From Felis catus (Eukaryota), in assembly GCF_018350175.1 (NCBI RefSeq), contig NC_058368.1, positions 232,564,001-232,628,000 of the forward strand: 64,000 bases of DNA. Reading direction: 5' to 3'. The notes below the pieces were generated by a model, which worked only from the letters and a program-made list of their open reading frames with translations, did not search any database and was not told the DNA's origin. This document shows positions 12,543-25,473 of the stretch, piece after piece (positions within the stretch are counted from its first letter, which is position 1; each line of letters opens with the position of its first letter). A program made the position numbers and the translations under genes.

Positions 12543-13454
12543 TCATGTGGAAAATGTTGGGGTTCAGAGCCGATGGCAGAAAAACAACTTTTGAGACATC
12601 TTCAGTGCAAAAAGGTGGTTTTATTAAAGCAGGAGGACAGAACCCATGGGCAGAAAGAGCTGCCCTGGGATTGTGAACAGTGACTGATCATATACTTGGG
12701 AGTTGGGGGAGGTAAAGGCAAGGGGATGTTTCCAAAAGGACTATCATATGCTAAAAAAGACTCTCAGGATCCTGGAGGCCTCGTTATTGTCAAGCTAAGG
12801 TTGGTTTTCCTTCTAGCAACGCGTTAACCTGAAGACAGTTGGGAGTTCCTGGAGGAATGTTATACTCTGCCAACATCAAGTATTTGGCGATGGGCTGCAG
12901 GTTATAAGGGCATGTAATTGTATCCACATTTCCCTTTTGCCTGTTATGAGAGGTAAGTGAGAGGATTCATTTTCAGAAATACCAAATAAAAGCTGTGCTG
13001 TCTAGTTAACAATAGGTGTACAATCTATTGGAAATAGGTAGACTGCCCTCCCCCACGATGGAATCCCAAACCCTTAAGACACTTCACTTCCTGGTTCTTC
13101 TTCCCCTCTTGATTTCACGGGCTTATTTTTTGCGGGCTTTGCAATGAGCATGCGCCAAAGAACTGAGGTGTGCGTCACATCAAGGAGTGTGCAGTCAGAC
13201 TACTTTTTGCCTCCGCTGGGCACAGGCTACTTCTGGGCAAGGCTGTAAGCTCTGTAGTTTTCAGCCAATGGGGAATCAGGGGAGGGGCTTGCACAATAGG
13301 AGGTAAATTGTCTGCTGTAACTTCCCGGAGTGTGTCTGTCCATCAGACACCTGCTCTTGCGAGAATGTTGGTTAAAGCCTCCCTTCACTGTGTTCCAAGT
13401 CTCCACATCCCTCCTTTGATCGGTGGAATTCTTACTTCTGTGTTCTCCCTGTCA
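12543..13454 (-). mobile_element. Carnivore ERV1-like solo LTR, apparently split by a second LTR
   Basis: On the minus strand there is a TATA-like GTATATG, then TTTAATAAAACC and a U5-like end. Possible 4-bp TSD CTAG (12539-12542) / TTAG (13455-13458). Confidence 0.6.
12942..13435 (+). mobile_element. Second LTR (ERV1-like) inserted in the opposite orientation
   Basis: Starts TGTT; contains CAGCCAAT, GGGGAGGGGC and a degenerate GTTAAA poly(A) signal followed by a pyrimidine-rich U5-like stretch. Confidence 0.55.
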
Positions 13455-14089
13455 TTAGGACTTATGTCATACAGGCTCTTACTGCCTCTTAAGTGCCCTT
13501 TCACGAAGCCAGCTCTCCCTGTTTCACTTAAATATCGAACTGCAGTGTGTTTCTAGCCCATAAACCCATAGCCTCTGATCACGGTAAGCAATCAAACATC
13601 TAGACTTACAGGTTCTCATTTGGAAGGACAGTGGTCATACTTCTTGACTAATAACTTCCCTTTCAGCTCTGAGACTGCAGATGCATCCACGAATAGAGTT
13701 CTAAATAAATTCGAGAATAGAGAACTCCATGAAGGGCTTCCGTGGCAAGACACGCATGTTGAAATTTTGTTTACAGATTAGAAAAGGAAAATATCGTAAT
13801 CCCTACCTAAGGTCAAAAATGGGAACTGAGCTTTTTTTTTATAACACACAGTAGACTCTGAACACCCCTTGATAACATTGCCTCCATGGCGAATGTTCTG
13901 GCTGTTTGGCCCAGACACTACCAAAGAAACTCAGGTGGTGACCCAGTTAACACCTAGCTCTGTCCACCAGTTTCATTCACGCCTTTAATCCTTCCAAAGT
14001 TCTGTACTTTCGAAAATTTGGCAATACAGCTTGTACCTTGTATATATTTCTAGTTTAGCAGTTTTATCAAGGGAAAATATGCATTGCAC

Positions 14090-15180
14090 TGATTATCAGG
14101 GAAATGCAACCCCAGACCACAATGAGACAACATCTCACACCCATATTTTGTGCTAGTCCTAGCCTATTGCTAACTCACGTAGTCGATGGGCCGTCCTTTG
14201 TGGTTCTTAGAACAACAAAATGCCCTCAACAATGATCATTAAGAAACTTTGGGGGAAAATAAGTAATATGCCTTATTTTTCAGGTATGGAAATTACTCAG
14301 CCCGCCTGGGACCACACAGGGAGAGCCCCCAGACAGGGAGAGAGAGCACAGACCTTGGGTCCTGTTTTCACCCAGGTCAAGGGTAGGGGCCTAGAGTTTT
14401 GCAGGCTCACTATTTATTGGTGAATTTAAAACAGAAGGGCAGGAACCAAAGTGCAGGAAGAGAAAAAACAAATGCCACAAATGGTCAGTTATCAGAGTTA
14501 ACCAAGATCTCTAAACCAAAGGAACCTCAGAGTAGGGGGTGGCCTGGCTCTCTATCTTGCTGGTGGCTGGTGGTGTTTTTTCAAGATGGCCTCTCTGAAG
14601 TGATCGCCTCTGCGATCAGGCACTTGGGTTATACAACAGAACAGCCAATTGTCACAAGGCACATACTATCTCCTGTGAGGAATGGCTCTTATAAAAAGAA
14701 AGGAAAAATGTTGATGAGGATGTGGAGAAACTGGAACGCTGACACGCTATTGGTGGGAAAGCTAGGCCGTGCGGCCAGTATAGAACACAGTATGAAGTGT
14801 CCTCAAAAACCTAAAAATACAGCACCTGCACTATCTGGCAATCCCACTTCTGAGTCTTTATCCACGAAAAGGAGTTTGAAACACAGAGCACAATTTAGAA
14901 CACGATCAATCCTCTCTTTGAGAATCTATGTCAAAGATAAGCTTACGGAAAATGAAAGATGTATACATAAAGCTGTTTACTGCAGCACTATTCATAATAG
15001 CAAAAACTAAGAGAAGGAGGTGCGTGTGTGACATGAACAACAGTATATTCTTCCAGTGGAGAACTCGGAAGGCATGACAATGACTGAAAACAACTGTCCG
15101 TCTTGTGGTGTAATCGTCTGTGTGTACTTAGTGCAAAAGAGCAAGGTGAACAAAGAGTCCACGTAGGAAAAAGCAAACAT
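14090..15180 (+). mobile_element. Old L1M 3' fragments interrupted by an LTR-like insert (about 14143-14670)
   Basis: GGGAAATGCAA...ACCACAATGAGA...CTCACACC stops near 14142 and resumes as CCTGTGAGGAATGGCT...GAGGATGTGGAGAAA near 14672. Confidence 0.7.
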
Positions 15181-15837
15181 AGTAGATACATTTTCAGCTG
15201 TCTCACTTATTAATGAAAGGTAAGGACTGCATCATTTTGAAAGCCTTGAAGCATTGTGATTCAATAAAGCCATTCTCACTGAATTTCCAAGCCTAGGTTA
15301 CAAAATGCCTGAAACATGGCTTTTATTGAGTTATCTAACTGGACGATGCGAATTTATTTAATAAGGTGAATTTCACTAGACAAAAACTTTTAGAAAACTG
15401 AGAGCAGTTCTTGTGGCAGATTCAGAAGTGAGTTAACGTGCATTCATTCAACCAAATATTATATTTGAGTGAATGTTCCTGTTGATAGAAAATTGTTATT
15501 CATGGTGGTGAACACTGGAGATGGAAAGATCTTCGAAGGAATGAACCTAACCTCAATGAATAATCAAGGGCAGTAACACGTATATGAACTGTAATAACAT
15601 GTCATGGCATATGGTATACACAGTAATAAAATAGAGATGAAGAGAGATCAGCCCAGGTAACTTTTGATTCCACCCAGTTGAAACGAAGCAGTGCTACGTC
15701 ATGATTTTATTTGGATAAATTAGTTTCGAAAAGATAGGTGGTCTTTAGACACTGCCGATGTCCACATGAATTTTAATCTCCAGTAAAGATGTCATACCAG
15801 AAGCGATAAATTTTTCCTTCATAAAAAATATTTTATT

Positions 15838-16060
15838 GGAGCACCTGGGAAGCTCAGTCGGTTAAGCATCTGGCTTCGACTCACATCATGGTCTCGCAGT
15901 TCGTGCGTTCAAGCCCCATGTTGGGCTCTGTGCTGACAGCTCAGAGCCTGGAGCCTGCTTCGGATTCTGTGTCTCCCTCTTTCTCTGCCCCTCCCATGCT
16001 TGCACTCTGTCTCTGTCTCTCTCTCTCTCAATAATAAATAAACTTAAATTTTTTTTTTAA
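15838..16060 (+). mobile_element. CanSINE
   Basis: tRNA-like head, (CT)n and A-tail; flanking ATAAAAA..ATTTTATTG repeat. Confidence 0.93.
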
Positions 16061-16639
16061 ATAAAAAAAAATTTTATTGCTTTCAGTTAGGCTTAGATGT
16101 AATCAGTGTACCTAATTATAATAGTTTTGTTGTTGCTGTTGTTTACTTATTACCTTTTACATTTTAATAAGCCAAATGCAGGTACAATCCTACTATTTTA
16201 TTCGGTACCCTAAAGGGCAATTTAATCTCAATAAATATATTCTTGTCATCTATTTTATCAGATAAATCAGATTTTGGCAATAAAGTTATTTGCATGCATA
16301 TCTTCACTTGATCTACAAAATTTTTCCAAAAGGGGAAGGGAGTTTTATTTGGTAAAAACTAGGTAGCACGGTAGGATTCTGTATGTTTCCAGAGATCCAA
16401 TGTGTGTTACATATTTTTAAAATTCTATGTCGTACACTAAAAAGTACAAGCTAAGCAAAGCAAATTGCTCTCAGCAGACACCACTGTGTACTCAAATTCT
16501 TCATGCATATGGACATGGAAGTTGGCAAACACATGTTGTAACAGGATGGTGAATATTTTTCTTATAATAGATCTTTTGACATATCATCAATTCAGAGACT
16601 ATAGAAAATATTACAAAATATCACATATCTTAATAATAT

Positions 16640-17048
16640 AAGTTCCCTCTTAATAATATAATTACATATTTACATGAGATTTGTATCTTAATATATAATG
16701 ACATATATATGATATATATGTATATATATCATATACATATTACATATATATTCTAGCATATATAAATATATATTTATAAGTATATACTTGCATACTTATA
16801 TTTATAAATATATATTTCATATATTTATAAATATATGTTATGTTTATAAATATATAATATTTATATTTATAAATATATATTTTATATTTATAAATATATT
16901 ATATTCATATGTATTTATATATTTATAAATATTTTATATATTTATATTTTTATATATTTATATATATTTATAAATGGTGATCACACCATTTATTTATACA
17001 TTTATAAATATATAAAATATATATATATATATTTATAAATTCTAGCAT
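16640..17048. repeat. AT-rich low-complexity (TA)n-derived tract
   Basis: About 400 bp of almost only A and T, with recurring TTTATAAAT and ATATATT. Confidence 0.9.
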
Positions 17049-17401
17049 GCTAGTTTCATTTCACTTTAAAAGCTATCTCACCACTTTTTGTCTGGAACTA
17101 AGATCCTTGACCATGAATTTCATCTCCAGTGCTACAACTTTGCTCTAAATGTGTTGTTGACCTGCTCAAGAAAGGTGTTGTCAGGGCATAACTCATTATG
17201 GATCTTCTTATAAATACTTCAGAAGATATGCCAAGTATATGTCAAGTAGCACGTAGCAGCCTCAGAGGGATCACGGCAGAGAGCAGCACACTTGTGCTAT
17301 ATTCATAGGCATGGTTTGATACGTGGTGTTTCGGCGTGTTCTGTATACGTGTGACCACAGACACCGGGAGGTGAAAGCAAATGGTAAAAATGTTCGAGTG
17401 T

Positions 17402-18150
17402 TGTAGATGGTATTTTCCGAGTGGCTGCAACATTATTGCCCTTCCCACATCCTCTTGTACCTGGTGACCTTGTCGCTTTTCGCAGCAAGAGGTGGAGTTA
17501 TGTCTGTTTCCCTTGAATCTGGAGTGGGCTTCTGTCTGCTGTGACCATTAGAGTGTGATGGATGGAATCAAGCCTGTGAATTCTGAATCTAGGTCAGAAA
17601 AAATCATGGAGCCTCTACTTGGTGCCACTGGGAAGCTCTTTCCTGAGGCCCCACCTCATCATGCTCTTTCCCAGAGTGCAGAGTCCAGTTATTATGTTGG
17701 GAGAAGCCCAAATCATGAGGAAAGGCTGCATTTGTTTGTTTTTTGTTTTTGTTTTTAAGGGAACTCTATCCCCAATGTGGGGCTTGAACTCATGACCCTG
17801 AAATCAAGAGTCCCATGTTCTACCAACTGAGCCAGACAGGTGCTCTGGAGAGGCCGCAATTGTATACTCAGACAAACGTCCCCAGTTGTGCCGGCCTTCG
17901 TTCAGGTCATGCTCGTCCCAGGTGTCAGAACTGTGGGTGTAGAGGCCATCCTGCAAGTGAGCTCCCTCTCCAGGTGTCCCATCTCCCAGCCACGAGGGTC
18001 TTCTCAGCTGTGCCCCCAGCCCACAGATACTCAGGACAGAGACTGTCCTCCCTACCGTGGACTTCCTGAATCTCTGGGCAATGGAATCCCTGAGAATAGC
18101 AAAGGAGCATTTTTGTGCAACAACATTCGGAGAAATTTGTTAAACAGGAA
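17402..18150 (+). mobile_element. MLT1-type (MLT1F/G/H-like) LTR interrupted by a short SINE
   Basis: CAAGAGGTGGAGT...CCCTTGAATCTGG...CTGCTGTGACCATTAGAGTGTG...TTCTGAATCTAGGTC. Confidence 0.65.
17731..17845 (-). mobile_element. Short, old tRNA-derived CanSINE
   Basis: GGGCTTGAACTCATGACCCTGAAATCAAGAGTCCCATGTTCTACCAACTGAGCCA plus a T-rich tail. Confidence 0.85.
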
Positions 18151-19755
18151 AGAATGAGAAGGACAAGTAAATCTAACTGGACCTAATTTTTATCATCAAA
18201 AAAACCTGGAGAAACCGGCTAGAAAGACATGATCACGCCATTGTAATGCAGGCATGTTTCTTATTTAGTTTTGGTAGTCATGAGGGATCAGATGTGATTT
18301 TGAACAGTACATATCGTTTTGTTTCATGTTCATTTGTGTGGTCTTAACTTGAACTTATGAAGATTAAATCTTTGACGTTAGCTTCTTGAGATTCTTGCGT
18401 ATCGAGGTCTTGGTCGTGTTTAGTATTCACTTCAGATGCTCATGCTCAAGGGAGTCAGAGCCCCTGACTTCAAAGTTATAAACCCAGAGACTGAGAGGAA
18501 CAAAGAAGCAGGGGAAACTTTTTTTCAAAGCAAGAGCTAAGAAACAGGCAGCAAAACTAGCAAAAAAACAAACACATGTGAAATTCCTTTTAAAAAAGTT
18601 CAAGTCCAGTATGATCTTCAAGTTTACTCATCATTTGGAAAGTCTATTCTTCAAGTGAAAACTAAAAATAATTTAAAATTTTATGCAACAGAACATTGAA
18701 ATAAATGTGCAGACTGTTTTCCTCTTTTAATTGTAATGAGTTTTAATTATAATTAAGTTTTAATTATAGCTTCATTATGTTCATTGTGTCTGGATATAAT
18801 GCGCCAATTAAACATTCAGTCTCAAAATTTAAAATTACTAGACAAGAATTTAAACCAAGTGGTACCTCCACAGGCTCCAAATCCTGTTGGCTTTTCCATA
18901 GTGATCTTGCCAAAACATCCTCATTTTCCTGCAAAATTACGTTACACAATGAAACACCATGCACACTCCAGCCAAATGATCAGATGTCCAGAAGACTTGG
19001 GAAGAAATAATTGCTATCATTATATTCTGAGACTCATTGATTTGGCAAGAGCAATAACAAAAAAATAGAATAAATATTCTCACTCAAGGCAATAAGGTTG
19101 AAAAGAATGATTCATAATTTGAAAAATAAAAGTGGCATCCCACATAATAGGAAGACATTATTCAGTATTTGGGAAAGAATGATAAATGAGCATATGCTTA
19201 CTCAGTGAAAGTCAGAATAAAAGAGGGTTCAAGAGTACTTCTGACTATGAGCGCAGCAAAAGGACATCTGCCAAGCACATTATCTCTGGCCAAGAGCTGA
19301 GAAGTTGGCCCCAAAGCAGCGATCTGTGGTCAGCACAGACCACAGCGGGTGGTACCAACTTAAAGGTTTGGTATTGTGAATCTAATTATAGACAAAAAAT
19401 ATTATAGAATGGTTGTAGAGAGAGTGTGATTATCAACAGAGCAAAAAAAAATCTCTCCTCTGTCATACAGGAGCTTTATGACAGGTAACAGGGTGGTTTA
19501 ACGCCTCTGACTGGTGCTTCTTACCCTTGGAAACACGAACAGTCATTTAAAAGCAATATCAAAAGGACCCAGTGACTATTAGACACAGTATGTGAAAAAA
19601 AATTGGTAATAAGAATGGGGAGCCGTGATTATGCATCTGGCTCTCTGTAGCTGTGGATTGAAGAGAATCTAGCTATCAACCATGTATCAGGACAGATCCA
19701 AGGTGCATTGTGATAATACCTACCAAGTTTGGTCAGAGACATCATGCCTTATTTT

Positions 19756-19975
19756 TTTTTTTATTTTTTTTAACGTTTTATTTATTTTTGAGTCAGAGAG
19801 AGACAGAGCATGAACGGGGGAGGGGCAGAGAGAGAGGGAGACACAGAATCGGAAACAGGCTCCAGGCTCTGAGCCATCAGCCCAGAGCCCGACGCGGGGC
19901 TCGAACTCACGGACCGCGAGATCGTGACCTGAGCTGAAGTCGGACGCTCAACCGACTGAGCCACCCAGGTGCCCC
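19756..19975 (-). mobile_element. Young SINEC_Fc with TSD
   Basis: TSD ATCATGCCTTATTTT at 19741-19755 and 19977-19991. Confidence 0.97.
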
Positions 19976-20664
19976 AATCATGCCTTATTTTAACTTAGCT
20001 GAAGAAAATGAGGAAAAACAATTTACTGAGAAAATAGAGAAGACTAACACAAAAATAAAATCTTCAAAAATAAACTCTCAGAGAGGACAGTCTCTTTCCT
20101 AGAGCTGCTTGGCATCTCTAAAAGAACAGTATGCCACTCTGAAAGGACCAAAAGATTGAAGGGAAAGAAATAAAACAAGGGATGATATTAAACATATAAT
20201 CGTAAACTAGGACAGTAGAATTCTATTCTTAATGCATCATGCATCTTGTTCATTCTTGCTCCTGTCTTGCTTTGCTCGGTGCTCTGTTGGCAACTTCCTC
20301 CCTGCTCTGTTCTGCAACGGCACCCATGCAATTGATCAGGGCTGGACAAAAAGGCAAGAACGCCCTGGCTGGTGTTCTCTCTCATTCATGATCCTCAACA
20401 TCAGCTGGGTCCTCAGAGCTATCTGGTGATCAGATTACACGTCCTTTTCTGCTTACTTTCCCACGCTCATGTGACCATTTCATGCCTTATGCCCAATGCC
20501 CCACTTCTTTCCCACATTGACTCAGCAGATGACCATGACTCTTTGCTGATAGAAAGAGAAACTTCACAGACACCCATGGCAATTGCACCCACATCAACCA
20601 TCGTCTGCACCCACATACCCCAGCCTCCTATGACAGATATAAACCATACAGCTCCTATTTAGCT

Positions 20665-20741
20665 CCCATGAACCATGAGAGCATGACCTGGCTGAAATCA
20701 AGAGTTGGAACACTTAACTTACTGAGCCACCCAGGTGCCCC
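20665..20741 (-). mobile_element. CanSINE head fragment
   Basis: CATGACCTGGCTGAAATCAAGAGTTGG...ACTGAGCCACCCAGGTGCCCC. Confidence 0.85.
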
Positions 20742-21182
20742 TCGCCCCCTTTATCACATCAAAGTTTCTCTTTCTACTGGATCATTCACATTATTACACA
20801 AACACGGTGTCCTGTCTCCCATCTTAATAAATGTTCTCTCTACTCTACTTCCCCACCAACATTTGCCCCCTTCCTTGCTCCTCGTGATAACAAAATTCCT
20901 CCAAAGGATTTTCCATACATGCTGCCTTGGATTCTCATGCTCTTATTGTCTTTTTAATGCCCTCCAAGTAAGATTTGCCTGACCACTCCACCGGAACTGT
21001 TCTCCAAAATCAGCCATAAGCTCTATCTTGTGAACTCCAAGGATCAATTCTCAGTCCTCACACTATTTGGCAACTTTTGACTTAGCTGATAATTCCTTCA
21101 TCCTTAATGCATCATGTTAAGGGCATCACATCCTTAGTTTTCTCATTCAGTATCTCTTAATGCTTTATCCTTCCTCCTTGAT

Positions 21183-21395
21183 TTTTTTAAATGTTTTGTT
21201 TATTTTTGGGAGAGAGACAGATAGAGTATGAACAGGGGAGGTGCAGAGAGAGAGGGGGAGACACAGAATCTGAGGCAGGTTCCAGGTTCCGAGTGGTCAG
21301 CACAGAGCCCGACACGGAGCTCGAACTCGTGAACCACAAGATCATGACCCAAGCCAAAGTTGGATGCCCAACCGACTGAGCCGCCCAGGTGCCCC
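21183..21395 (-). mobile_element. CanSINE
   Basis: Full element; flanking CTCCTTGAT repeat. Confidence 0.95.
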
Positions 21396-22225
21396 TCTCC
21401 TTGATGTTTAATTTGGAGCAACTCCAGGTTCCAAGTCTTTGGTTCTCTTTGCTTTTCTATCAATAGACCCTCCCTGCATTTTCTCTACTCTCCTGACTTT
21501 AAAAACCATCTGTGTACTAGATCACGTCCCTCTCAACTCCCAGGGTCATATCACTCACATATCACTCTGTGCTCAACATTTCCATTGGAACATCTTCTAT
21601 ACATTTTAACTTTAAGTGTATAAAATGGAACTCCATCATACCCCATGTCTTCTCTGCCTTCCCAATTTCTGTTGGTGGTAACGCCATCCACTCGATCAAG
21701 AAAACAAGTCTGATATTCATCTTGGCCCCTCTCTTTCTCTAGCACTCCACATCCGATCTTTCAGGAAATATTCCTTGGCAGATCTATCTTCAAAACACAC
21801 CCACAATATGACCACTTCTCAGCACATTCCCTGCTATCTATCATTCAGGGTCAAGCCATGATTACTACATATGTGAATTACTGAAATGGCTCATGTAACA
21901 ATAATAATGGTCTTTGTTTCCAACTGCCGGAGCCTCCTGGCAAGTCAGTAGCTAGAGTGATCTTCCAGGGACCTAATGACATCATGCAAGTCCTCTGTTC
22001 AAAACCTTCCAGATGTCTTTGAGTTTTGCTTATATTAAAAGCAAAATTCCTAGCTACAAGATACTATTTAATTGACCTGTGCTCAGTATTTTCTAACCTC
22101 ATTTTTCCAGTTTTTTTATATCTGTACCTATATGCTCACTTTAGGAAATGATAGTGATTCTGAATATTACCAACTATTATCATATGATGGTTTCACTTTA
22201 AATATCTATTAAATAGATCACCCTT

Positions 22226-22460
22226 GGGGCGTCTGGGTGGCGCAGTCGGTTAAGCGTCCGACTTCAGCCAGGTCACGATCTCGCGGTCCGTGAGTTCGAG
22301 CCCCGCGTCGGGCTCTGGGCTGATGGCTCGGAGCCTGGAGCCTGTTTCCGATTCTGTGTCTCCCTCTCTCTCTGCCCCTCCCCCGTTCATGCTCTGTCTC
22401 TCTCTGTCCCAAAAATAAATAAACGTTGAAAAAAAAAATTTAAAAAAAAAAAAAATAAAA
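22226..22460 (+). mobile_element. Young SINEC_Fc with TSD
   Basis: Near-consensus with a long A-tail; TSD TAAATAGATCACCCTT / TAAATATATCACCCTT. Confidence 0.98.
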
Positions 22461-23585
22461 TAAATATATCACCCTTGTAGGTTAAATGTCAATTAAATAA
22501 AGAAAACTAAACCTAATTTACATTCTTGTTTTCTCAATTTGTCAGAGAATGACTTGCCTATTTTTTTTTTGTACCCTTCGAAATATATGGCAATCTAAGA
22601 TATTGAGATCAAAATACTCAGGTTTTCCTGGTCAAAGCTTTATGGCAGAATTATGAGTTGGCTACAATCCCTTGTTCAGTAAGCTCCAGTTTCTTTAATG
22701 GTTATCAGAGATCTTATACACAGCCAGAAAAATCCCTCTCACTTCAGTTTTGATTTTTAAAAATATTTTATTCATCATTCTGCAGATGTCTGCTGTTCAA
22801 ATCCTTGTTTCATGCGCTATACTTGATATTATGTGATCTCATACATGTTTCATAAGGCAGTTCTTTAAAAAAAATACATAGTTTTGGACTAATACATAAA
22901 AATAACACTAGAAATGACCTAGAACACAGATGGCAAATACTTAGTTCTTAGCGGTTTCCAGCCCCTTCCACATCCTCCTTTCTAAGTGTTAAGTTAATCC
23001 CATTCTGATCCTGAAAGTAACCACAGAATCCTACTCAACCACAAAGAGGACAACCCAGCCAACCCAATGGGATCAAGAGTGTTCTGGAGAAACTGGTTGG
23101 TAGGCCTCATTCCAGTGCTTTAGCTGAAATCTATGGAGTCAGGCTACTTTGCTAACACCGATCAGAGACTGCAATTTAATTCAATAATCGGAACACAAGG
23201 ACTCTGTATGTGTTAAAGGAGATTGCGTGGGGCCTGTGGATTGTACTGTTTTTTGAATATCATCACATTCCTGAACACCAACAACTGTCAGATTTTACTC
23301 TATTTTCAAAACGTGAAACCTTCTTTCAGATGCTTACTTTATGAACTCAAGGCTTTTGTAAGCCCTCATATTTACCTGCATTTACCTATAGGGAACTCAG
23401 TGAGGACACCTCACATGCTGCCTAATCACATACATTAGGTTCAGTTTCACCAACCACCCAGTTCCCTTTCGCCTGGAGACTGAATATAAGTTTCAGCCTT
23501 TTATGTTTACTTAACAAAATTCTAAATTTTTTCATTCTTTTCTCATTTCCATGTTTCATATCTTTGTGGCTAAAGCTCCTCTCTG

Positions 23586-23590
<5 letters not shown>

Positions 23591-23631
<41 letters not shown>
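23591..23631. repeat. (TA)20 microsatellite
   Basis: Seen directly. Confidence 0.97.
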
Positions 23632-23633
<2 letters not shown>

Positions 23634-23956
23634 AAAAGTGTACCTTCTTATTCTTTTTAAATTAAAAATATATTACTTTACCTTATGAAATGTGTATGAG
23701 GTCACACAAGTGAAAACATTAGCTCATTCATGCCCTTGTATTTTTTATCACTCTCCATATACTGTAGATGTATTCCAATTCAAACGCAGAAATAAATTAT
23801 TGTATTTATTTTAGCATCCAGCTCTGAACAATGAAAAAAATAAAAACATTATAGATGGCTTCATCTGAAACAGATACAAATCATTTTACCTTATTTATCT
23901 GACTAGTGAAAATAGCCCCACAATATTTTTCTGGATATATCTATATCAAAAAAGGA

Positions 23957-24175
23957 GGGGTGCCTGGGTGGCCCAGTTGGTTAAACGTCCGACTTCGGCT
24001 CAGGTCGTGACCTCGCGGTTTGTGAATTCGAGCCCCGCTTGGGGCTCTGTGCTGATGGCTCAGAGCCTGGAGCCTGCTTCAGACTCTGTGTCTCCCCCTC
24101 TGCCTCCAGCCCCCCATTCATACTCTCTCTCTCTCTCTCTCGCTCAAAAATAAAACATTAAAAAATAAAAAAAAA
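23957..24175 (+). mobile_element. CanSINE
   Basis: GGGGTGCCTGGGTGG head, (CT)n and A-tail. Confidence 0.95.
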
Positions 24176-24989
24176 TTAAGGAATTAAAACAACATCTTGT
24201 CTACACATATTTTATTTCACAGTTATTTTGTCTTTAATTTCCGCTGAAAATAGCTGGCATGTTTCTTTTTCCTGAGTAGTAATGAATGTTTATGATAAAG
24301 AGGGCTCGGATAATTATCCAGTCTTCGGTGATGCTATGTGCCTACTCGCGGACAGCAACCAGACTGGCATGAGTGGCTCAGGATGAGCAAGATCTGGGGC
24401 ATCTGGTCTACTTAGGACAAAGGCTGTATATGTGCATGCCCGTGCACACACACACAGGTCTAGCACCAGCAGTGGATGTATGGCACACCAAAAGCGGTCA
24501 ATCCTTCCCGAGGATAATGAGACCCTAGGAAGTCCCCTTAGAGGAAGAAGGTCTCGGAGCTTTAGAAATTCAGCTGCTGCTGCATGGGGAAGACCCATGG
24601 GGAGACAGGAAGCAATTAAACTGTCCGGCATATCCAGGGAACACGGAGAAGTTTGACAGGACTGGTACCTGTGGGTGAGTCACAGGGATGGGCTCAGACT
24701 CCATAAGCAATAAGGTTAGAGAAAAGGGACCTCCCGAGACATGTCGGAAGACTGTCCTTCAGGGAGCTTCCGGTAGGCTCGGTGGGGGAGACTCCATGAT
24801 TATATTTGTGTCTTCTAAGGATTATTTTAGAAAAAATGTGAAGAACTTATTAGGCATAAGACTAGAGCCAGATGGTCGCAGATGCAGATTCTTACAACCA
24901 CACCAGGGGGAAAATTAGGACCAAGCTGAGATCACAGGAAAGGAGTAGCAAAGACCGAAATGGACTACATTTAAGAATTAGATCAACTT

Positions 24990-25165
24990 AGGGCGCCTGG
25001 GTGGCTCATTCAGTTGAGCATCCAGCTCTTGATTTCAGCTCAGGTCATGATCCCAGGGTTGTGGGATCAAGCCCTGCATCGGGCGCTGCACTGAGCATGG
25101 AGCCTGCTTAAGATCCTCTCTCTCTCTTTCACTCTTCTCCTCTCCAATCTGTGGGGGAGAAAAAC
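24990..25165 (+). mobile_element. CanSINE (older subfamily)
   Basis: GGGCGCCTGGGTGGCTCA...CTCTTGATTTCAGCTCAGGTCATGATC. Confidence 0.88.
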
Positions 25166-25269
25166 TAATTAGACTAATCTACAGAGTTATTTTGAGGATG
25201 GAAAGAGTCAGGGAAGCAAGCAATTATTGTCTCCAAAAATAGAAACATAGGAGGTAAAATAAAGATTTT

Positions 25270-25473
25270 TTAAAAAATGTTTATTTTTGAGAGACAGAGA
25301 GACAGAGCACAAGCAGTGAGGGGGAGAGAGAGAGGGAGACACAGAATCCAAAGCAGGTTCCAGGCTCCTGGCTGTCAGCAGAGAGCCTGACACGGGGCTC
25401 TAACTCACAAACCACAAGATCATGACCTGAGCCCAAGTGGGACGCTTAACCCACTGAGCTTCCCAGGCGCCCC
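25270..25473 (-). mobile_element. CanSINE
   Basis: Full element; flanking AAGATTTTT repeat. Confidence 0.95.

Larger units (their letters stand above)
20490..22110 (+). mobile_element. Long degenerate L2 fragment, interrupted by SINEs
   Basis: Pyrimidine-rich L2 motifs CCACTCCACCGGAACTG, AATTCTCAGTCCTCA, TCTATCTTCAAAA, GACCACTTCTCA, GCTAGAGTGATCTT. Confidence 0.75.

Noticed and set aside
14399..15010. Longest ORF in the window (203 aa)
   Set aside because: Non-ATG start; it runs across an LTR-like insert and decayed L1 pieces, so it is a chance chimeric frame.
18777..19010. TPCTLQPNDQ resembling the Tigger/pogo LQP.DQ motif
   Set aside because: The surrounding residues do not fit a DDE transposase and no TIRs were seen.
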